From positions 33,976,001 to 34,040,000 of the forward strand of contig OZ024748.1 in the NCBI GenBank assembly GCA_964016885.1: 64,000 nucleotides of DNA, read 5' to 3'. Within the stretch, counting starts at the first letter, position 1. Every line of letters begins with the position of its first letter. This document shows, one piece after another, positions 55,002 to 64,000 of the stretch. The stretch comes from Eledone cirrhosa (Eukaryota). A program made the position numbers and the translations under genes. The notes under the pieces were generated by a model that saw nothing but the letters and a program-made list of their open reading frames with translations, was not told where the DNA came from and did no database searches.

Positions 55002-55744
55002 TGTAGCGAATATTTGGGTTGTAACGGATAAGTGAATAGATGGAATTGTTGGTATGATGGTTTCAATGCGAAGAATAATGCCAGGATTGTGTCGTTACAA
55101 AGTTTATTTTATTATAACAATATTCAATTTGAATATTGAATGATAAAATCTATAACATGAAATATTCGTACAATAATTTGGTGGCTCTTCGAGCCACGTA
55201 CATACAAGTATCACAGAATACGATTATAGGATAATTTGTATTGTATCTGAAAGATACAATGTGACAGAAATGGTACGTATAAAAATGCAAGCTGTGTGAA
55301 CTTACTGTGTGCGTGTGTGAGTATTAGTATACTTTCTTGTTTTAGCAGTAGTAGTAATCACCCAGCCAGACGTATAAGGTGTGTGAGAAAATAGTATGCA
55401 GACTGATTTTCGTGACGAGAGCTTGTAAATGCGACTTGTCTTGTCTGTATATCACTCTTTCTGCCGGGGCGTAAACAACATTTGTATTTATAAGGGTTGA
55501 AGTTAGAAGGATAGATATATCCTCTGACCTTTCGTTAGTATCTACCAAGGGGTTGGTTTGCCTGGCGAAAACAACCCAGAAGGATGGATATATCCTCTGA
55601 CCTATTTTCTGACAGGCGTAAACAACCTCTGACCTGTGTTTAGCATCTCCCAAGGGGTTGGTCTGCCGGGTATAAACAACTAACCATGGCTTGTCCCAGA
55701 GGCGGGAAAGCTCAGATTCGGTTTCGAATCTTCGCCGCGTTATA
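55002..55744 (-). repeat. 3' LTR of the Gypsy element
   Basis: Direct repeat of 60185-60911 with substitutions and small indels; TGTAGCG...CGTTATA on plus strand. Confidence 0.88.
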
Positions 55745-56112
55745 GTACCCCTTACCAGTGAGAAAGCTAAAGATTGAACGATCTAGGTGTATGCGAAATG
55801 AAAATAGGTAGGACTAGGTGTGTTGTTGAAGAAAATCAGTAAAAAAAAATACATGAAAGTCATTTACAAACAGGCGAAATGAAAGAAAACATGCAAAGCA
55901 AAAGAACATGCAGGAAAATGCACTGTGATGTTACATAAAATTGAAAATGTTTGTACAAAAAGTTTGTTGATTAAAAGTTCGTTCATTTCATAGAAACGGA
56001 AAAATGTTCTTTTGTCTGTTCTTTTGATGTGGGTGATGCATAGAGTCAATTGATTTGTATGTAGCAATAGTTCATTACCACAGAAATTGGCCGATTCGTT
56101 GAAATGTACAAA

Positions 56113-59100
56113 TTAGCTGAAATGTCGACCAGATGCATAATTTGTACTTACCCGATAAACTTGTACGTATCGCGTGGGCCATTGAACTGTTCTTCCAGAT
56201 TTGGTGTGTCGGGGTTGTGCAGAATTTGTCGTGTTTGTGTAGGGCAAAGTTGTTGGTGAGTCTGCTGGAGAAACGGTGGGTACTGGTGGCAAATCCTGTT
56301 CTATGAACGCTTTTTTTAAACGATCAATGGAGACGGTCTTTCGTTTCCCGTTCAAGTCGAGGACGAAATACTTAGGGCGTTTCTGTATCACCTTATAGGG
56401 CCCGGAATACAACGGACGAAGTTGCGATGGAATACCGTCATTTCTAACGAAAACATGCGTCCATGTATCGATGTCTTTTGGTATGTGTGAAGTAACATGC
56501 TGTTGTTTAGGGGCTGAAGGAGACAGATGCGACATCGATGACCGTAAACGGTGCACATATTTTGTTGTGTCTGGAAGTTCTTGTGGCGAAACAGGGGCGA
56601 TCATTTGCCCGGGTAGAGCGAGTACGGTGCCATAACCCATTTCAGCTGGAGAATGTCCGACTCTTTCCTTAACAGTGGAACGAATACCGAGAAGAATGAG
56701 TGGGAGGTTTTCGAACCAGTTAGTGGAGTCTGCGTAAGCCTTGATGGCTGCTTTTAGCTGACGGTGGAAACGTTCTACCATGCCGTTAGCGGCAGGGTGA
56801 TACGCCGTTGTACGGATGTGTTTACACCCGAGGAGACGAGTCAGCTCGGTAAAGAGGTGCGAATCTAACTACCGTCCTCTATCCGTAATGATGGTCACGG
56901 GTGTGCCGAAACGCGAAACCCAGTGAAACACTAGCGTTTTAGCGACAGTTTCCGCAGTAATATCCGTCAAGGGAAAAGCTTCTGGCCAGTGAGAAAATCG
57001 GTCGACACAGGTGAGAAGATGAGTGTAGTTGTGAGAAGGAGGTAAAGGTCCAACGATGTCTATGTGGACATGTTGGAACCGTGCATCGGGTGTTGCGAAA
57101 GAACCGATCGGGGCTTTGACGTGCCGGTTAATTTTCCTCTTCTGGCACGCGATACAGTTCCTAGCCCATTCGCGGGTGTCCTTGTTGATGTTGGGCCACA
57201 CAAAGCGGGCAACCATCAGTTTCTGCATGGCACGGACGCCAGGATGTGCCAGAATGCAGTGCCGAAAATACGTCGCGTCGATATTTCCAGGGCACGTATG
57301 GGCGCTCGTGGCCTGTGGAGATGTCGCACCAAATATAACCCGAAGAAGAGGGCAGCGAGCATTCCTGCAATTTCAAGGATGATTTCCGGAGCTGCAGCAG
57401 TTCCTCATCATCTTGTTGATCCGCTGCAATCTTCTAGAGATCGATAGTGGCAGTGATGTGGATTGCGTTAAGCTCCATGCGCGATAGGGAATCAGCTGCT
57501 GAGTTGGTGGCACCCTTAATGTACCGAATATTAGTAGTGTACTTAGAAATGAAGTCCAAATGTCGGACCTCCCTGGGTGAGTGTCGGTCAGGTTTGGCGT
57601 TGAGCGCGTACACTAGTGGTTTGTGGTCGGTGTGTATAGAGAACACACGACCTTCTAGCATGTGTCGAAAATGCTTGACAGCAAGGTATGCTGCCAATAA
57701 TTCACGACTGAATGTTCTGTACTTAGTTTCGGCGGCTTTTAATCGCTTAGAGAAAAAAGATACAGGTCGCCAAATATCGCCAGAGAGTTGTTGAAGCACA
57801 CCACCAACTCCGAAATCGGATGCATCAGTCAATAAACACATTGGGGCGTCAGGTTTGGGGTAACTCAGCATTGAGCCTCGGACAACATTTTCTTCAACTC
57901 AGCGAAAGCGGTACATTCTTTTTCGCTGAGGTTGATGTTTGCTTTTTTGGTTGTACGCTGCCGCAGCAAATCTGTGAGTGGTTGGGCTGTCTCTGCACAG
58001 TGGGGTATAAATCTTCTGTAGAAGTTTACCAGGCCAAGAAATTCTCGCAGTTTGCGGAGAGATGTGGGCTGTGGAAAATCAATGATGGATTTGACCTTCT
58101 CCTTAAGTGGGCGAATGCCATCTTCATCAATGATGTGTCCCAGAAAATGAAGGGACGCAACTCCGAACTCACATTTGCTGGGGTTGATAACAATTCCGTA
58201 TTCACGCAAACGTGTGAATAGCAGGTGCAGGTGTCTCTCATGTTCTTCATCGGAGCCGCTGGTCACCAGTAAGTCGTCGATGTATGCGTATACAAAAGGT
58301 AGACCTCTGGTGACTGTATCGATGAATCGCTGGAATGTCTGCGCTGCGTTACACAAACCGAAAGGCATACGCAGAAATTCGAACATTCCAAAGGGTGTTG
58401 TGACGGCGGTCTTAGGAATATCTGCGGGCTCAACGGGTATCTGATTGTAAGCTCGCACAAGATCGATCTTCGGAAATATGTGAGCTCCGTGCAGCGAGCT
58501 AGAGAAGTTCTGTAGATGAGGCACTGGATAAGAATCAGGCACGGTGCAGTTGTTCAGTGCATGGTAGTCGCCACAGATTCGCCAGTCGTTCGACGACTTC
58601 TTGGATTCGACACAATGTATGGGTGAGGACCAGTTGCTGCTGGACGGACGTATGATGCCGAGATCCAACATGTGCTGAAATTCTTGTTTGATGGACTTCA
58701 GCCGGTCTGGTAGCCTTCTAGGTCGTGCAGCGACAGGTGGGCCGTGTGTTTTTATGTGTTGTGTGACGTCATGTTTTACAGGGTAAGCGTTGAATAGTGG
58801 TCGAGCTACGTCTGGGTATTTGTTGATTATATGGTTGTGCCGGGTTGTTGTTGCCGATCGTGAAATGACTGGACTCACTGTGGCTGTCCTAGCGGCTAAG
58901 CCGCGCACAGCGAGACCAGTGGAGTTATCAAAACCAGTGGAGTTGGTTTTTCAGGTCCACCAGCAGTGAGAAGTACTGAAGAAAATCAGCTCCTAAAATA
59001 GGGGTCGGCAGCTTAGCCACAACGAATACCCACTGGAAAGTGCGGCGTAGTCCCAAATTTAGTGTCAAGGACTGTTCTCCGTAGGTCGGAATATGTGAAT

Positions 59101-59240
59101 GATTCACCGCATGGAGATATGCTGGTGTTTCTTTCCTTTTTCCAGGAACGCAGGAAAGCGGGATGATGCTGACTTCAGCACCGGTGCCGACCAGGAAACG
59201 CATGCGTGTGACGCGATTCTGAATGAAAAATAGGCGACTT
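56113..59240 (-). pseudogene. Gypsy pol (protease, RT, RNase H, integrase), disrupted
   Basis: PR FLVGTGAEVS (catalytic D lost); RT RMPFGL...YIDD; RH TDAS...ELLA...TDHKPL; IN HIDIVGP, ITDRGR*, MVERFHR, GPY; in-frame stops and frameshifts. Confidence 0.9.
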
Positions 59241-59271
59241 TGATTGTTTGGACCAGAAACGTCCGTCGCAT

Positions 59272-60128
59272 TCAGTTTCTGGCTGTGTGGTTTCCCTGAT
59301 TCGACATCGACACAAACGAACAGCGATGGCTGCACTTGCGCGCCCATCTTCCGAATTTTTGGTGGTACCAACACATTTCTGGTGAATCACGGGATGCGCT
59401 CGGACTTCTTGAGCGACCATCAAATCGGCTAGTTCGACTGTTAGACCGACGCGTGGCAGTGTTATCCAGTGGCAAGGACTGAATTTGTTGAGTCAAGGTC
59501 TGTATCTGTGTTGCTTGCTGTGCCAGTAACTGGTGTAGATCGGGCATCTCTGTGGTACTGGCGGGCTGAAGGAAAGGATTGGTGGAAGGCACGGCTGGCG
59601 TAACATTCGCTAAAGTTGAGTGCGGGTGTGGTACCTCGATGATCTTATCTGTCAGCTCGGCGAGTTCTTCTATGGTGGTGGACTCCCTGGTGGACGCTAG
59701 TACAACTTGTGTGGCTGAAGGCAAACGCTGGAGGAAGAGTTGCTTGAAAATTTCATCCGGGAGTTTATGTTCTCCCAGGAGCTGCTTCATTCGCCGTAGT
59801 AGTTGCGTCGGCTTTTTATCTCCTAATTCCTCCGATATGAGGAGCTGGTGCAAGCGCTTCTGCTGCGACTCCGACGTCCTCTTAATTAATGTTATTTTAA
59901 ATGTGTCATATGACACAGAGCCGGGTGATGCTAAAATGAGGTCTCGAACCTCATTCATAATCTCCGGAGAGGGGATGCCTCGCTAACGATCCGGTTCGAT
60001 GCGAATTGCGCTTCGATGTGCGCAAACCACAGTGTTGGATCGTGCACCCAGAATGGTGGTACCCTTAATGTAAACGCCGCCCGGACTGCCATTTCTGCCG
60101 TAGATGAATCGTCCTGTGCTAGAGACAT
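59272..60128 (-). pseudogene. Gypsy gag, frameshifted near 59985
   Basis: Starts MSLAQDDSSTAEMAVPAAFTLRVPPFWVHDPTLWFAHIEAQF; continues in ORF 59272-59958 (ELGDKKPTQLLRRM, LFLQRLP, CHCC knuckle). Confidence 0.85.
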
Positions 60129-60164
60129 CGTTTGTAATGAATAGTCAGAAAGTTGTGTATCTGT

Positions 60165-60182
60165 ATCACGTCGGGGTCACCA
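60165..60182 (-). promoter_or_regulatory. Primer binding site complementary to the tRNA-Trp 3' end
   Basis: Minus strand TGGTGACCCCGACGTGAT, 2 nt inside the 5' LTR; plus strand ATCACGTCGGGGTCACCA matches the eukaryotic tRNA-Trp 3' end as I recall it. Confidence 0.85.
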
Positions 60183-60184
60183 GT

Positions 60185-60911
60185 TGTAGCGAATATCTCG
60201 GTTGTAACGGATAAGTGAATAGATGGAATTGTTGGTATGATGGTTTCAATGTGAAGAATAATACCAGGATTGTGTTGTTACAAAGTTTATTTTATTATAA
60301 CAATATTCAATTTGAATATTGAATGATAAAATCTATAACATGAAATATTCGTACAATAATTTGGTGGCTCTTCGAGCCACGTAAATACAAGTATCACAGA
60401 ATACGATTATAAGATAATTTGTATTGTATCTGAAAGATACAATGTGACAGAAATGGTACGCATAAAAATGCAAGCAGTGTGAACTTACTGTGTGTGCGTG
60501 TGTGCGTATTAGTATGCTTTCTTGTTTTAGCAGTAGTAGTAATCACTCAGCCAGGCGTGTGAGAAGTTAGTAGGTAGAGGTTTTTCGTGACTAGAGCGTG
60601 TAAATGCGACCTGTCTTGTCTGTAGTCCACTTTTTCTGCCCGGGGCGTAAACAACACTTGTATCTATAAGGGTTAAAATTAGAAGGATTGATATATCCTC
60701 TGACCTTTGGTTAGTATCTCCCAAGGGGTTGGTTTGCCAGGCGTAAAAAACTCAGATTGATGGATATATCATCTGACCTATTTTCTGCCAACCTCTGACC
60801 TGTGTTTAACATCTCCAAAGGGGTTGGTCTGCCGGGCGTAAACAACTAACCACGGCTTGTCCCAGAGGCGGGAAAGCTCAGATTCGGTTTCGAATCTTCG
60901 CCGGCGTTATA
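60185..60911 (-). repeat. 5' LTR of the Gypsy element
   Basis: Direct repeat of 55002-55744, adjacent to the PBS. Confidence 0.88.
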
Positions 60912-63870
60912 GATATTTAATACAGAAAGGGCTTCTAAAGGACAACAACTCTTTAATTCGTAGTAAACAGTAATATGTATGCAATATTTAATACAGAAAG
61001 GGCTTCTACAACACTAGAACTCTTTAATTTGAAGAGTATTAGTAGATTATATGCAATATTTGATACATAAATAGCTTCTACGGGGCTAGAACTCAGTAAT
61101 TCGAAGGAAATAGTGTATATGCAATATTTAATACAGAAATGTTTTTTACAGCGCTGAAACTCATTAATTTGAAGGGTATTTGTAGATTATACCCTATATT
61201 TAATAGAGAAATGGCCTCTAATAACTAGAACTCTACACTTCGAAGCAAATAGTAGAGTATATGCAATATTTAATAAAGAAATGGCTTCTAAAGGAGTAAA
61301 ACTAATATAATTGGAAAAAATAGTAGTCTATATTCTATATTTAATACAGAAATGGCTTCTAAAGGACAGGAAGTAATATATTTGGAGGAAATAGTATTAT
61401 ATATGTAATATTTAATAGAGAAATGGCTTATAAAGGACTAGGGCTCTTTAATTTGAAGGATATTAATAGATTATATGCAATATTTAATATGTAAATAGCT
61501 TCTACAGGCCTAGGACACATTAATTCAAAGGAAATAGTAATGTGTAGCGAGGTCTGTCCATGCCTTGAACCTTGAGTGACACCTAAAGGTCAACATCTAG
61601 GTCACCACCCTTTTGGTGTGAACAGGTTCATGCGTGGGCTATCCCCTAAAGGTGGGAGGCAGAAAGAGACAGGTATATAAAGCTTATATTTTCCCACCTT
61701 AAACAACAGATAGATCGGAGCTCTACGACATACAACAAGCTATGTAAAGATTCACCGCTAGCTTCAGACCCCAGGGGTCTACAGAAATACAGAGACATTG
61801 GAGCCCTACTACGATACAGACAAGCTATGTAAAGATTCACCGCTAGCTTCAGACCCCAGTGGTCTACAGAAATACAGAGAGAATAGACTAACGACGAGAA
61901 CTACTACAGACCATTCAGAGGTATACAAACCATTACTCTCTCTCACAAACTATGGTCTCAGAACTACTACCACGGACGGCAACCACCAACAAATTTTATC
62001 TCGTCATTCGCTGTTTTTACATCAACAACAAAATAACATCATCAACCTTCTCAACTCTTGGTAACCTGTTTTATTGTACTTTTTTTATTTAAGTGAAGTA
62101 AACCATATATAAACTAAAATCATTTATGCATGTCATTTCTAATAACCACATATAACCATACTAATTACTTCTTTAAAATTACCCTTCGTTAAAAGTGTAT
62201 ATGCAATATTTAATATTTAAATAGCTCCAACAGGTATAGGACACATTAATTCAAAGGATATTTAATACAGAAATGGCTTCTACAAGACTAAACTAATATA
62301 TTTGGAGGAAATAGTAGTGTATATGTAATATTTAATACAGAAATAGCTTCCATATGGCTAGAACTCATTAATTTGAAGGAAATAGTAGTGTATATGCAAT
62401 ATTTAATAGAGAAATACCTTCTACAGGACTAAAACTAATATATTTGGAGGAAATAGTAGTATATATGTAATATTTAATACAGAAATAGCTTCCACAGGGC
62501 TAGAACTCATTAATTCGAAGGAAATAGTAGTGTATACGCAATATTTAATAGAGAAATGCCTTCTACAGGACTAAAACTAATATATTTGGAGGAAATAGTA
62601 GTATATATGTAATATTTAATACAGAAATAGCTTCCACAGGGCTAGAACTCATTAATTTGAAGGAAATAGTAGAGTATATGCAATATTTAATAGAGAAATG
62701 CCTTCTACAGGACAACAACTCTTTACTTCGTAGTAAACAGTAATATGTATGCGATATTTAATACAGAAATGGCTTCTACAGGACTAGAACTCTTTAATTT
62801 GAAGAGTATTAGTAGGTTATATGCAATATTTAATGCATAAATAGCTTCTACAGGTCTAGAACTCAGTAATTCGAAGGAGATATTTGTTTATATGCAATAT
62901 TTAATACATAAATGGTTTCTACAACACTGAAACTCATTAATTTGAAGGGTATTAGTAGATTATATGCTATATTTAATAGAGAAATGGCCTCTAAAAACTA
63001 GAACTCTTTACTTCGAAGCAAATAGTAGAGTATATGCAATATTTAATAAAGAAATGGCTTCTAAAGGAGTAAAACTAATATAATTGGAGGAAATAGTAGT
63101 GTATGTGCTATATTTAATACAGAAATGGCTTCTAAAGGACTGGAAATCTTCGATTCGAAGTAAATAGTACTGTATATGCAATATTCAATACAGAAATGGC
63201 TGCTAAAGTACTAGAACTAATATATTTGGAGGAAATAGTATTATATATGTAATATTTAATAGAGAAATTGCTTCTGAAGCACTAGGGCTCTTTAATTTGA
63301 AGGATATTAATAGAGCATATGCAATATTTAATATCCAAGTAGCTTCCACAGGGCTAGGACACATTAATTCAAAGGAAAAAGTAGTGTATATGCAATATTT
63401 AATACAGAAATGGCTTCCACTGGGCTAGAACTCTTTAATTTGAAGAGTATTAGTTGATTATATGACATATGTAATACGGAAATGGCTTTTAAAGAACTAA
63501 AGCTCATTAATTCGAAGGAAATAGTTGTGTATATCCATTATTTAATACAGAAAAGGCTTCTAAAGGAACAGAACACTTCAATTCGAAGGAAATAAATAGT
63601 AGAGTATATGCAATATTTAATACAGAAATGGCTGCTAAAGGAGTAGAACTAATATATTTGGAGGAAATAGTAGTATATATGCAATATTTAATACAGAAAG
63701 GCTTCTACAGGACTGATGTTCATTAATTTTAAGGATATTAGTAGATTATATGCCATATTTAAAACAGAAATGGCCTCTAAATGACTAGAACTCTTCAATT
63801 CGAAGGAAATAGTACAGTATATGCAATATTTCATAAAGAAATGGCTTCTAAAGGAGTAATACTAATATAA
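60912..63870. repeat. Diverged ~71-72-bp satellite related to the hammerhead family of 7368/54134
   Basis: GAAAT at 62340, 62411, 62482, 62553 (71-bp period); consensus about TATATGCAATATTTAATACAGAAATGGCTTCTACAGGACTAGAACTCTTTAATTCGAAGGAAATAGTAG. Confidence 0.88.
61543..62193 (+). mobile_element. Probable solo LTR inserted in the satellite
   Basis: Ends TGTAGCGA...TCGTTAAA; 4-bp TSD-like AATG/AGTG; TATATAAA at ~61674; internal ~80-bp direct repeat (61717-61880). Confidence 0.6.
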
Positions 63871-64000
63871 TTGTTTCTACTTTTGGTACAAGGCCAGCAA
63901 ATACCCAGTACATTACTAGTACTTTATTTTATCGACCTTGTAAGGATGAAAGGCAAAGTTAACCTCGGCGGGATTTGAACTCAGATCATAAAGGGCCGTA
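63868..64000 (-). mobile_element. tRNA-derived SINE (same family), runs off the window end
   Basis: Reverse complement of tail and core. Confidence 0.8.

Larger units (their letters stand above)
55002..60911 (-). mobile_element. Decayed Ty3/Gypsy LTR retrotransposon, CsRn1 lineage
   Basis: LTRs 55002-55744 and 60185-60911; order gag-PR-RT-RH-IN; gag CHCC motif CWYHQKFGRWARKCSHRC (CX2HX9CX3C) and tRNA-Trp PBS are CsRn1-lineage hallmarks. Confidence 0.88.

Overview
Eukaryotic, AT-rich, gene-free repeat region, probably from an octopod cephalopod (inferred from SINE type and TA/TG microsatellite density). No host gene could be supported. Contents: (i) an intact Tx1/L1-type LINE (ORF1 608-2518, ORF2 2548-5967) inside an (ATT)n tract, back-to-back with a 5'-truncated R4/Dong RT; (ii) three decayed Penelope-like elements (PLEs; RT + C-terminal GIY-YIG, CxCx5C linker as in the Hydra clade); (iii) a decayed CsRn1-lineage Gypsy element with tRNA-Trp PBS, a solo LTR, tRNA-derived SINEs, DNA-transposon ends and an RTE tail. 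The main signal is a large non-coding hammerhead-ribozyme (HHR) system inserted in (TA)n: two retrozyme-like tandem arrays (311-bp unit, 12 HHRs, units look identical; ~445-bp unit, 29 HHR positions), each with an inverted head block; about ten unrelated HHR-bearing fold-back or solo elements; and a ~71-bp satellite derived from a catalytically dead HHR. Most of these families share a covarying hairpin (RCTY...RAGYRYY) near their 3' ends, and the inverted arms usually stop just 5' of it, suggesting a cis signal for PLE-driven priming or insertion. All coordinates and pairings were read by eye; no search or folding program was run.
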